Below, piece after piece: positions 34,863-43,923 of a stretch of DNA of 62,783 nt (position 1 is the stretch's first letter; the number at the start of each line of letters is the position of its first letter). The position numbers and the translations under genes are program-made. The notes under the pieces were generated by a model. The model did no database searches and was not told where the DNA came from. It saw only the letters and a program-made list of their open reading frames with translations. This DNA is from Chthoniobacteraceae bacterium (GTDB taxonomy: Bacteria > Verrucomicrobiota > Verrucomicrobiia > Chthoniobacterales > Chthoniobacteraceae): positions 1 to 62,783 of the forward strand of contig JBBCKI010000032.1 in the NCBI GenBank assembly GCA_037190965.1. The letters run 5' to 3'.

Positions 34863-36266
34863 ATGATGAAACGCTTTCTCAAGGCCGCTCGTTACATTGG
34901 TATCGCCATCGTCTCGCTGGGATTGCTGGCTGCAGCATGGGGCGCATTCGAAAGCAACCGGAGCAAACGCGCATGGGAGAGTTACCGACGCGAAGCAGCG
35001 GCACAGGGAATACAACTCGATTTTTCCACGAGGTCGCCGATTCCCGAAGCGGACAATTTTATAAGCACCCCTCTCTTCAAAAAACTTTTTGAAGGAGCGC
35101 AAAATGAGACAGCCGGGTATCAAAAGGAGCTCGAGAAACGCCTCTCTTTCAACCGCGATTCCAAAGCCAAACCACCTGCCGCAAGCTGGGTGGAAGGAGA
35201 ACGAACTCCGCTTGAACAGTGGGCTACCTATTTCGGCAACGCGGACATTCTGGAGGCGCTCAGAAAATTTGATCCGGAACTGGCGGAAATCAGCGAAGCG
35301 GCCAAACGCCCCAAGCTTCGGTTTCTTTTGGGTTCTACAGAAACTGAATTTCCGAAGGGGTTTTCGTGTTTCTCCTCGTTGCGATCGCTCGCGCAGCTTT
35401 ATCGATTGCGCGGTGCGGCCGCTTTAGCGCAGGGGCAAACGGATCTGGCCCTCGCGGATACGGAAACGCTCCTGCAAATGGCTGGCGCGTTATCGAGGAG
35501 CGACAACTTTCTCGGCGAAATTCTCTTTACCCCCGCACTGATCATGCCCGGGTTGCAGATCGTTTGGGAAGGCGTCGAGAGAAACCAATGGTCAAAAGAT
35601 CAACTTGTGAGGTTGCAAAACCTCCTGCAAGGCATTGATTTGTTGGAGATGAAACGCCGCGCGGTTCAGCTGGAGCGTGCGTTTTTCAATCACCGAATAG
35701 AGGAAGAACCCTGCATTTTTTCCAAAACCTTTTTGCATCGCTTACAAAAGCATTGGGTTCTTCTCGAAGTAAATCGCGCCTATGATCGCGATATTTCTTC
35801 GATGATCGATCCCGGGCGCCATCGGGTTTATCTTAAACCAAAAGCCGAGACCGAGCCGCCCACAGGTCTCTCTTCCTATTTTAAGGCCGGTGAACTGATG
35901 ATCCATCAGGCCATATCTACTTTTCAGAAGACCAATCTTTCCATTGCATCGACGCAGGTTTACCTCGATGAAGCTGTGATTTCCTGCGCATTGGAGCGTT
36001 TCCGCATTGATCATGGGAAATATCCCAGCCAGTTGGAGGCATTGGTTCCGCAATATCTCGTCAGGCTGCCCCATGATGTCATCAGCGGGGAACCTTTGAA
36101 ATACCGCCTGAAAGACGAAGGCGGATATTTCCTCTATTCAATGGGAGCAAATGGAACCGACGAAGGCGGCCAGGTTGTGATGAAGAAAGAGGGTTGCAAA
36201 GGGCCGGATTTGGAACAAGGAGATTGGGTCTGGAAGATCCCCAGCTCTCCATCAGCCATTCAATAG
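34863..36266 (+). CDS. Membrane-anchored hypothetical protein with C-terminal GspG/pseudopilin-like segment
   Basis: N-terminal TM; ALERFRIDHGKYPSQLEALVPQYL..PHDVISGEPLKY..LYSMGANGTDEGG. Confidence 0.7.
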   Translation: MMKRFLKAARYIGIAIVSLGLLAAAWGAFESNRSKRAWESYRREAAAQGIQLDFSTRSPIPEADNFISTPLFKKLFEGAQNETAGYQKELEKRLSFNRDSKAKPPAASWVEGERTPLEQWATYFGNADILEALRKFDPELAEISEAAKRPKLRFLLGSTETEFPKGFSCFSSLRSLAQLYRLRGAAALAQGQTDLALADTETLLQMAGALSRSDNFLGEILFTPALIMPGLQIVWEGVERNQWSKDQLVRLQNLLQGIDLLEMKRRAVQLERAFFNHRIEEEPCIFSKTFLHRLQKHWVLLEVNRAYDRDISSMIDPGRHRVYLKPKAETEPPTGLSSYFKAGELMIHQAISTFQKTNLSIASTQVYLDEAVISCALERFRIDHGKYPSQLEALVPQYLVRLPHDVISGEPLKYRLKDEGGYFLYSMGANGTDEGGQVVMKKEGCKGPDLEQGDWVWKIPSSPSAIQ

Positions 36267-36279
36267 CGAAAAGAAACTT

Positions 36280-36618
36280 CTACCATCTCGGATCTGCCAG
36301 CGCTTTTTCGACGTTCTCGAAGGCCTGGAAGAGATCGAGGATCCCGCCGATCAGGAACATGTTTTTGCACTCAGGGTTAAGGCCTGCAAGAACCATGCGC
36401 CCTTTCACTTTCGCCAGCTCCTGCGCGGGAATGAACAATGCGCGAATGCCCATACTGGCAATAAAGGTAGTAGCTGAAAAATCGATGATCAAAGATCGAG
36501 TTCCCGACTCGATATGACGGAGCGTTTGTTCCCTGAAAACATCCGACGCGACGTTATCGAGACGTCCTTCGATGGCGATGACGAGAATGGAACCTTCGCG
36601 GCGTTCTGAGAGTTGCAT
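36280..36618 (-). CDS. STAS-domain anti-anti-sigma factor
   Basis: IEGRLD, IIDFSATTFIASMGIRAL. Confidence 0.88.
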   Translation of the reverse strand: MQLSERREGSILVIAIEGRLDNVASDVFREQTLRHIESGTRSLIIDFSATTFIASMGIRALFIPAQELAKVKGRMVLAGLNPECKNMFLIGGILDLFQAFENVEKALADPRW

Positions 36619-36703
36619 GGGGAGCGAGAAGTTCCTGGACAATAGCGGGCTGGTGAAAGTTGCAAAAGGAAACAGAAAGAAATTCGGTACTTTTCTGCCA
36701 AAA

Positions 36704-36866
36704 GGTGCGGTAGCACCGGTAGTCCGCTCGCGCCGCCGAGCGCGGGTATCGGCTTTCTTGGCTTCCTGAAGACCCCATCCCAACGGCTATCAGCCCGTTT
36801 TACGGGGACGGGAGTCAAACGCGTATCCAGGTCATGTCCCGCTCTCTCGGCGAGAGCGGTCTACCT
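36704..36866 (+). repeat. REPIN-like element family A (diverged)
   Basis: GGTGCGGTAGCACCGGTAGTCCGCTCGCG ... CTCTCGGCGAGAGCGGTCTACCT. Confidence 0.92.
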
Positions 36867-36889
36867 TTGCCGGTCTTCTAAACCACGTC

Positions 36890-37864
36890 CTATTCCAAAA
36901 AAAGCCGCTTTGCCCTGCGGCGGGCATGCCGGTTCCCCGGGAGATTCACCTTGGCCCTATCTCCCTCCAACAAAGAGCGGACGGTTTCCACTTCGCCAAA
37001 ACCGACATCCTGCACGCCATGACTTCGAAGCCAGGCCAAAATCCGGCGGCGTTGCAGGGCGAGCGGCTGGGCGATGAGTTCCGGGACTGATAAAAACGCT
37101 TCCTGTTCGCTCCCCGTCGTGTTCGACACCAAAGCATCCAGCCATTCTTCTTCGGCACGAATAATCTCCGAATTTCGCCAGACCGCGCCGCGAACGTCGC
37201 GCCCGAAGAGTTGCTCCAGCATCGGCAAAAGCTCATGCCGGATGCGGTTGCGCGTATAAGCAGGGGAAAGATTGCTGACGTCCTCGCGATGGCGAATCTT
37301 GCGCGCGGCGACGTACTGATCGATTTCCGCCCGCCAGATCCCGAGCATCGGCCTCACGAGACGCAGCGCAACCCCCTCCACTGTGCGCTCGCTTTCCGGG
37401 CTCATCCCACCAAGACCTGCCCGGCCTGCACCGCGAAAGAGATTGAAGAGAAAAGTCTCCACCTGATCGTCGGCATGATGGGCCAGAATCACCGTGCGAC
37501 AGCGGCGGCGTTTTGCAACAGAGGCAAAAAACCGGTAACGGGCTTCGCGCGCGGCAGTTTCAATCGACCGCCCTTCGGCGGCGGCGAGGGTGGTCACGTC
37601 GGCAGTTCCGACCTCGCATTCCAACCCAAGCCGTCGGGCCAGTGCCGCCACAAAACGGGCATCTCCCGTTGAAGCCCGCCCACGCAATCGGTGATTGAGA
37701 TGGCAGACAATGAGCTTCTTAAACCCCGCGGCCACCAGCGCATCCAGAAGCGCCACCGAATCTTTCCCTCCCGAGACGGCCACCAGCGCACGGGCTGTTC
37801 TGGAAAGGCCGTCCAGCCGCAGCCTCCTTTCGAAAACGGCGGCAGGGTGAGGGTTCGTTTTCAC
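36890..37864 (-). CDS. tilS: tRNA(Ile)-lysidine synthetase
   Basis: AVSGGKDS PP-loop, HLNHRLRG, AREARY, AHHADDQVET, RNRIRH; GTG start estimated. Confidence 0.93.
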   Translation of the reverse strand: MKTNPHPAAVFERRLRLDGLSRTARALVAVSGGKDSVALLDALVAAGFKKLIVCHLNHRLRGRASTGDARFVAALARRLGLECEVGTADVTTLAAAEGRSIETAAREARYRFFASVAKRRRCRTVILAHHADDQVETFLFNLFRGAGRAGLGGMSPESERTVEGVALRLVRPMLGIWRAEIDQYVAARKIRHREDVSNLSPAYTRNRIRHELLPMLEQLFGRDVRGAVWRNSEIIRAEEEWLDALVSNTTGSEQEAFLSVPELIAQPLALQRRRILAWLRSHGVQDVGFGEVETVRSLLEGDRAKVNLPGNRHARRRAKRLFLE

Positions 37865-37878
37865 GGGAGAAACCCCGA

Positions 37879-39150
37879 TCAGCGGATCTCGGCCGCGCCG
37901 AAATAAGGCTGAAGCGGTTCGGGAATCCTGATGCTGCCGTCGGGCTGCTGATAGGTTTCCAGCAGCGCCACAAAAAGCCGGGGCATCGCGGTGCCGGATC
38001 CATTGAGGGTATGGCAAAAGCGGTTTTTGCCCTCCGCGTCCTTGAACTTGAGGTTCATCCGGCGTGCCTGAAAGTCGGTGTAATTCGAACAACTCGACAC
38101 TTCCAGATACCCGTTCTGACCCGGAGCCCAGACTTCGATGTCGTAAGTCTTGGCCGACCCAAAGCCCATGTCGCCCGTGCAGAGTTCGATGACTCGGTAA
38201 TGCAGCCCGAGAAGCTGAAGCACCTTTTCCGCATTGGCGGTCAACGCTTCCAACTCGTCCCAGGAAGTTTCCGGTGTGGTCACTTTGACCAGTTCCACCT
38301 TGTCGAATTGATGAACCCGGATGATGCCGCGCGTCTCACGCCCGGCGGAACCCGCCTCACGACGAAAACAGGGGGTGTAAGCCGTCAATTTTTTCGGCAG
38401 ATCGCCCAAAGCAACGATTTCTTCCCGGTAAAGATTGGTCACCGGCACCTCGGCGGTCGGAGCGAGGAACACGGCGCCGTCTTCGAGGCCGTACATATCG
38501 TCCTCAAATTTGGGAAGCTGCCCGGTGCCGATCATGGAATCCCGCCGGATCAGGAACGGCGGGCTGACTTCCAGATAACCGTGCTCCCGCGTGTGAAGAT
38601 CGAGGCAAAAATTGATAAGCGCGCGTTCCAACCGGGCTCCCGCTCCGGTGAAACAGACAAACCCGCTGCCGCTGATCTTTGCAGCGCGATCGGGATCGAA
38701 CAGCCCAAGGCTCATCCCCAACGCAACGTGATCCTTCGCTTCGAAATTGAGAGTCGGCTTCTCGCCCCAGCTCCGCACAACCGGGTTGGCGTCGGCATCC
38801 GCGCCCACCGGGACGGAGTCCGCGGGGATATTGGGAAGCTGCAGGAGGAGATCCCGCTGGAGTTCATCCGCCTGGGTCACCTGCGCGTTGAGCCCGGCAA
38901 TCTCGTCGCCCATCGCACGCACCTGATCCTCGATTTCCGAGGTCGGTTCGCCCTTGGATCGCTTCATCCCGATCTCTTTGCTGAACCGCTTGCGGTCGCC
39001 GTTGAGCTGCTGAAGACGGGTTTCCAACTCGCGACGGTTGCGGTCGCAGGCCAGAATTTCGTCAATCTTCAAAGAGGCGTCCCCCCCGCGGCTCGCGATT
39101 TTCTCGCGAACAAGGCCGGGGTTCTCGCGAATGAGCCGGATGTCGAGCAT
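37879..39150 (-). CDS. serS: Serine--tRNA ligase
   Basis: MLDIRLIREN, LAPTAEVP, CFRREAG, HQFDKVE, EVSSCSN, TLNGSG. Confidence 0.97.
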   Translation of the reverse strand: MLDIRLIRENPGLVREKIASRGGDASLKIDEILACDRNRRELETRLQQLNGDRKRFSKEIGMKRSKGEPTSEIEDQVRAMGDEIAGLNAQVTQADELQRDLLLQLPNIPADSVPVGADADANPVVRSWGEKPTLNFEAKDHVALGMSLGLFDPDRAAKISGSGFVCFTGAGARLERALINFCLDLHTREHGYLEVSPPFLIRRDSMIGTGQLPKFEDDMYGLEDGAVFLAPTAEVPVTNLYREEIVALGDLPKKLTAYTPCFRREAGSAGRETRGIIRVHQFDKVELVKVTTPETSWDELEALTANAEKVLQLLGLHYRVIELCTGDMGFGSAKTYDIEVWAPGQNGYLEVSSCSNYTDFQARRMNLKFKDAEGKNRFCHTLNGSGTAMPRLFVALLETYQQPDGSIRIPEPLQPYFGAAEIR

Positions 39151-39261
39151 GGCTGCGAACCTTAGCGGGTCGGCGGCACGGGACAAATTGAAAAATATGC
39201 CTTTTCGTCAGCCGGCATCAGACGACCGCCAACCCGCAGTGCGCCGAAACCTAGAGCACTT

Positions 39262-39879
39262 ATGAAACGATCCGTATTCGGCCTTTTGAAAACCCGGGAA
39301 GACGCGGAAGCCATCGTGAACCGCCTGAAAACCTCGGGATTCTCCAACACCGACATTTCCGTCCTCTTTCCGGATGTCGATACCACGCGCGACTTCACCC
39401 AGGAACAAGCGACAAAGGCCCCTGAGGGCGCTGCAACCGGTGGGACAACTGGTTTCGTGGTCGGCGGGGTGCTAGGCTGGCTGGCGGGCATCGGTTCACT
39501 GGCAATTCCGGGGGTCGGCCCATTCATCGCGGCCGGGCCGATCATGGCAGCCCTGAGCGGCGCAGCCGTTGGAGCCGCCGTGGGCGGAATTGCGGGCGCT
39601 TTGATCGGGATGGGAATTCCTGAATTCGAAGCCAGGCATTACGAAACGAAGCTCAAGCAGGGGCATGTTCTGATTTCGATTCACGCCGATGACGACGTAA
39701 AAGCCAATCAAGCCAAGGAGATTCTTCTGGCAGCTTCTGCCGAAGACGTCGCCACGAGCGGGGAACCGGGCCTGAAAGGCGAAACGACGCCTCCTCCCTC
39801 CACCCCCCCGACATCGAAGGGGAATGTCAATCCTCTGACCGGTCGGCCTGATCCGCGCCGGGAAATTGGGCAGGGATAG
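39262..39879 (+). CDS. General-stress/YflT-like glycine-zipper membrane protein
   Basis: EGAATGGTTG..GGVLGWLAGIGSLAIPGVGPFIAAGP..GMGIPEFEA. Confidence 0.85.
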   Translation: MKRSVFGLLKTREDAEAIVNRLKTSGFSNTDISVLFPDVDTTRDFTQEQATKAPEGAATGGTTGFVVGGVLGWLAGIGSLAIPGVGPFIAAGPIMAALSGAAVGAAVGGIAGALIGMGIPEFEARHYETKLKQGHVLISIHADDDVKANQAKEILLAASAEDVATSGEPGLKGETTPPPSTPPTSKGNVNPLTGRPDPRREIGQG

Positions 39880-40101
39880 CTGAATGCCTGTTTTGTTCAC
39901 ACGCTCTTCTGATGAAGAGATAATTTTTTAAAGCCATTCTCTTCATATTATGCGTGTGAATAGTTTCGAGAAAGCGTGTTCCACATTGCCGGCAAAAGGG
40001 TTCCATGAGCTTTGGTGGCTGTGAAGAACCTTGGGATGAGAAGCGAGTGGCTGGGAGGAAACCGGAGCCGCTCGTAGTTTTGGGAAGTTATTCGGGAGAA
40101 A

Positions 40102-40863
40102 CTAAACGTTATTCCCAAAGTCATTCCCATCGTTTCTCCACCGTTCCGCATTGAGCGCATGGATGGCGGCGTTGACTTCCGCTTCCTTCTTGCTTTTGCC
40201 GGAACCACGGCCGAGTTCGATATCGCCCCAGTGAACCACCGACTCAAAATGTTTGAGATGTTCGGGGCCTGACTGGCTGGTGATGGAGTAAACCGGGCTG
40301 CGTGGCGAAAGCGCCTGGAGGAGTTCCTGAAGGCGACCTTTGGGGTTCACGTGCATCGGCTCATGCAGGAGGTTCTCGATGTCAGGCTCGGCTTCGCGCA
40401 GGACGAACCGACGAACTGAATCGAGGTCGCTATCAAGGTACATCGCGCCGATCAATGCCTCGAAGGCATCGGCGAGCGCCGAAGCCCGGACGCGGCCGCC
40501 GCTCGATTCCTCGCCCTTGCCCATCATGAGGTATTCTCCCAGACCGATGGCAATGGCATGGACCTTCAATCCCTCGCGCGAGACAAGGCGGGAACGCATT
40601 TTCGTGAGTTCCCCTTCGGAAAGCGTCGGGAAACGTTCGAAAAGATGCTCCGTAAAGACAAGCTGAAGCACAGCGTCTCCCAGAAACTCGAGGCGCTGGT
40701 TGTCGAAATGATGGCGCTGGGTCTCGTGCCCAAGGCTCGGGTGGGTGAGCGCTTCGGCAAGGAACAGCGAGTTGCGAAATTTATACTGAATCCGCTTCTC
40801 GAGCGGATTCATGAAGCTCGGAGGCGGAAGATCAGGAGGGGGAGGTGCGGGCTGATCGATCAT
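40102..40863 (-). CDS. rnc: Ribonuclease III
   Basis: ALTHPS, NQRLEFLGDAVL, ADAFEALIGA, dsRBD NPKGRLQE..SKKEAE; ATGA overlap with upstream gene (alternative start 40812). Confidence 0.97.
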   Translation of the reverse strand: MIDQPAPPPPDLPPPSFMNPLEKRIQYKFRNSLFLAEALTHPSLGHETQRHHFDNQRLEFLGDAVLQLVFTEHLFERFPTLSEGELTKMRSRLVSREGLKVHAIAIGLGEYLMMGKGEESSGGRVRASALADAFEALIGAMYLDSDLDSVRRFVLREAEPDIENLLHEPMHVNPKGRLQELLQALSPRSPVYSITSQSGPEHLKHFESVVHWGDIELGRGSGKSKKEAEVNAAIHALNAERWRNDGNDFGNNV

Positions 40864-41600
40864 TGAACGGCAGGCTCGGGGACAATCCCTGAGCTTTTCG
40901 CGAATTCTTGCACGGCCCCAAGCATGGCGTTGAAAAACAGGGAAACGGTGGTGAAAACCGCTGCATGTTCCTGGCGGGAAAGGAGGATTCCTTCCCCGGC
41001 CTTCCAGCTTCGCTCATAGTTGGCGAGCCGGGCCTCGGTTTCCCCTTCGGCGGGGGGCTGAACGACTTTGAGGTTAAGGGTAAGCGTTTCGCCTTCTCCG
41101 ACGACACCATTGCGGTGGAAAAGAGTACGGGCGAGGGCGACAAGCGAAAGAATTTCGGCTTCCAGCGGGATCTCCGCGCCGATTCGCTGCCGAAGCTGCT
41201 GGAAACGGCCGGGAAAATCGGGGGGCGGCGCCGCATTGAGTTCGGCGGCTAGGGAAGCCAGGTTGTTGGAAGCCTTGGCCCGGGCGACGTTGAAAACAAC
41301 CAGTCCGGAGAGTTTCCGGATGTCTTCCAGGAAAACCGCAATCAAGCCGAGGGCTTCGTTGACGCTGTGTTTGAGGGCGGAACGTTCGGCCGCTTCCTTG
41401 GCGACTTCGAACGGGAGGCGAAACTGGGTGACCGGGAGGCCGGGGATACTTCGGGCCATTTCATCGTACCCTTGCTCGCTGACGGTTCGTGCCCCTGCCC
41501 AATCGAAAACGGCGAGGTCGCTAAGGTGCTGGATCGCTTCGGTATACTTGAGGGCGATGTCGTTGAGGCTGATCGTGCGGGAGGGAGAGGCTTCGGTCAT
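40860..41600 (-). CDS. Hypothetical protein coupled to rnc
   Basis: Protein-like composition and stop/start overlap with rnc. Confidence 0.75.
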   Translation of the reverse strand: MTEASPSRTISLNDIALKYTEAIQHLSDLAVFDWAGARTVSEQGYDEMARSIPGLPVTQFRLPFEVAKEAAERSALKHSVNEALGLIAVFLEDIRKLSGLVVFNVARAKASNNLASLAAELNAAPPPDFPGRFQQLRQRIGAEIPLEAEILSLVALARTLFHRNGVVGEGETLTLNLKVVQPPAEGETEARLANYERSWKAGEGILLSRQEHAAVFTTVSLFFNAMLGAVQEFAKSSGIVPEPAVQ

Positions 41601-41663
41601 AACAGGCAATAAAAGCTAGCGATACGGCACAGGAGTGGGGAGGTCAAGCGGCGACGGCTAAGC

Positions 41664-42059
41664 TTAAGACGCCTCATCGATGTTTTTTTTATGCGCCTCC
41701 AGCATCTCGTCGTGAAGGGCTTCGTCCATTCCTTCGGTCACAAGCTGTTCGTCGACGGTTGCTTCGTCTTCCGGTCCATGAGTGATCGTTTCCCTGCCGG
41801 TGGTGCCGGTCGTTTCGCTCCATGAGGACACTGTTTCTGTATCCTCCTCAGCGTCAGGAGGCTCCACCGTGGGAGCGGCGTGGCCGGTCAATTCCCGGCG
41901 CGCCTGTTCGCGGTCATCGTCCCGAACTCTGCCGGCCCTGCCTGCGATTTTCGCAAGCTCGACCGCACGCTCTTCGACCTGCTCGGGCGAAGGGACCCCA
42001 AGGCCCAAAGCATTTTCCTCCATTTTGCCGGGGGTCGGTGATTTGTAAGTCTCTTTCAT
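41664..42059 (-). CDS. Small acidic hypothetical protein (DUF2934-like N-terminal motif)
   Basis: PSPEQVEERAVELA...DDDREQARREL pattern. Confidence 0.7.
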   Translation of the reverse strand: MKETYKSPTPGKMEENALGLGVPSPEQVEERAVELAKIAGRAGRVRDDDREQARRELTGHAAPTVEPPDAEEDTETVSSWSETTGTTGRETITHGPEDEATVDEQLVTEGMDEALHDEMLEAHKKNIDEAS

Positions 42060-42152
42060 GGAGTAAAATACTCCCGAAAAGAGAACGGATCACGCGGGGT
42101 TTTACCCTAGGGTTGCTTCTTCCGTGTCTGCTTATCCCGGAGCGGGCGTGGG

Positions 42153-42560
42153 TCAGGCGGAACAGAATGCGTTTTCTTCCGCGAGGGTGGCAACCCGTTC
42201 CATCACGCTTTCGAACTCCTTCAGGTGGAGGGGTTTGCTCAAGTAGTCATTCATCCCGGCGGCGAGGCAGCGTTCCCGTGAACCGTTGCCGACATCCGCC
42301 GTCACGGCGACGATGTAAACAGGGGGGAGGTTGGCGGCGATTTCCCGGCGGCGGATGGCCGCGGTGGTTTCAAATCCGTCGATGCCCGGCATATGGCAGT
42401 CCATCAGAATGACGTGGTACTTTCGGCTTTTGGAAAGTTCCAGGGCGTCTTCTCCGCAAAGAGCGGTGTCCGCAGTGTGGCCGAGCTTGGCAAGGAGGTA
42501 CGAGGCCACCTTGATGTTGATCTCATTGTCTTCGACAACAAGCGTTCGGAGCGTTTTCAC
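42153..42560 (-). CDS. Single-domain receiver (CheY-like) response regulator
   Basis: VVEDN, ILMDCHMP, AVTA, AGMNDYLSKP. Confidence 0.9.
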   Translation of the reverse strand: MKTLRTLVVEDNEINIKVASYLLAKLGHTADTALCGEDALELSKSRKYHVILMDCHMPGIDGFETTAAIRRREIAANLPPVYIVAVTADVGNGSRERCLAAGMNDYLSKPLHLKEFESVMERVATLAEENAFCSA

Positions 42561-42679
42561 GGCGTACAGGGTTTAGAGGTTCGGGGAAGGTTAATCCTCT
42601 ACAGAAGCAACTTTCATTCCAGTGTTGATAAAACAATGGACATACGTCACACCCGAGTATCCGCCCTTCTGCTTCAAAC

Positions 42680-43876
42680 CTAATGATTCAGAAGGCGTGC
42701 GTAGCAGGCCCGGAGGTTCAATAAATGTTGCTCAGGCTGAAAACGGGCGTTCCACCGCTCGGCGGCCTGTTTGCCCAGTTTCAGAAGGCGGGATTGGTCG
42801 GCGAGCAACGAGACGATAGCTTGGACAAAGGCATCCCGTGCCCCATTGGGAACCGTGATGCCGGTGTGACCGTCTTCCAGCCATTCATGAATGCCGCTAC
42901 CCCGAAACGCGACGACCGGTTTCCCATGGGCCATGGCGTAGAGGCCCCCCAGGCCAAGCGGTTCGTTCCAAAGCGATGGCATCGCCACTAGGGAGGCTTG
43001 GGCAAAAAGCTGACGCCATTGAGCCGGGCTGACTTCGCCCATGATGCGGACCCGCTTGCTCAAGGCATGCCGGGCTACATATTTTTTCAGAGGACGTTCG
43101 AGTTCACCCCCGTCACCCGCAAAAACGAGATCGACATCCTCCGGCAGTTTCCCGATTTCGCGAATCAGAAGCCATATTCCCTTTCCGGGGTCGAGGCCGC
43201 CTGGCTGAAGAATAAAGCGGCGTTGGGTGAGAGGAGCTTTGCGCGATTCGGAGGCGGGTGTCGGTGCGGCGTAGAGGGGAATCTGCTCGATCCGGGAGGG
43301 ATCAATGCCGTTGCGCACGAGGTTTTCCTTCATCAGGCCGCTGGTCACCTGAAGGAGCGGCATCGTGCGGAGATGGGAGATCGCGGAGGAGACGCGCCGA
43401 TAGCCGATGAGGTTTTGCAGGGGATTTGGCGAGCCGCAGCCGCGAAGGGCATGCAACGCGAGGCAGGCCGCACCGTGAGCCCGGCGGCAGGCGCGCGAAC
43501 GGCCGGGCCAGATCAGGGTCATCGAACCGCCCGAGCAATAAAGTCGATGGTTATGAACCCAGCGGACCGTGGGAGCCCGGGCGGAAAGCCATGGATCGAG
43601 CGCAAGATTGGGAACGCCGTGGATCTGGATCACATCGGGCTTGAAATCATCGACGATGGCTTCCAGCCGGATGCGGACCTCCTCGGTGGGAGCCTCCATT
43701 TTCCGGAGATGATCGAAGATATACCCCGAACCCTTGAACTCCGATTTAGGCAGCCGGCTATGGACGAGCGCGACCACATCGCCCGTGGCCCGAAGTCGCG
43801 CGGTCACGTCGGAGACGTAATGGTTCATCTCGCCGCCCACGGGAGCCGCCGCTTCGTTGAGCATCAGAATTCTCAT
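42680..43876 (-). CDS. Glycosyltransferase family 4
   Basis: KPDVIQIH, KGIWLL, PSLWNEPLGL..AMAHGKPVVA. Confidence 0.88.
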   Translation of the reverse strand: MRILMLNEAAAPVGGEMNHYVSDVTARLRATGDVVALVHSRLPKSEFKGSGYIFDHLRKMEAPTEEVRIRLEAIVDDFKPDVIQIHGVPNLALDPWLSARAPTVRWVHNHRLYCSGGSMTLIWPGRSRACRRAHGAACLALHALRGCGSPNPLQNLIGYRRVSSAISHLRTMPLLQVTSGLMKENLVRNGIDPSRIEQIPLYAAPTPASESRKAPLTQRRFILQPGGLDPGKGIWLLIREIGKLPEDVDLVFAGDGGELERPLKKYVARHALSKRVRIMGEVSPAQWRQLFAQASLVAMPSLWNEPLGLGGLYAMAHGKPVVAFRGSGIHEWLEDGHTGITVPNGARDAFVQAIVSLLADQSRLLKLGKQAAERWNARFQPEQHLLNLRACYARLLNH

Positions 43877-43923
43877 GGAAGAGACTGGGGGTTAGGGGTG
43901 AAGTGACGTCGCGAATAAGGGAG

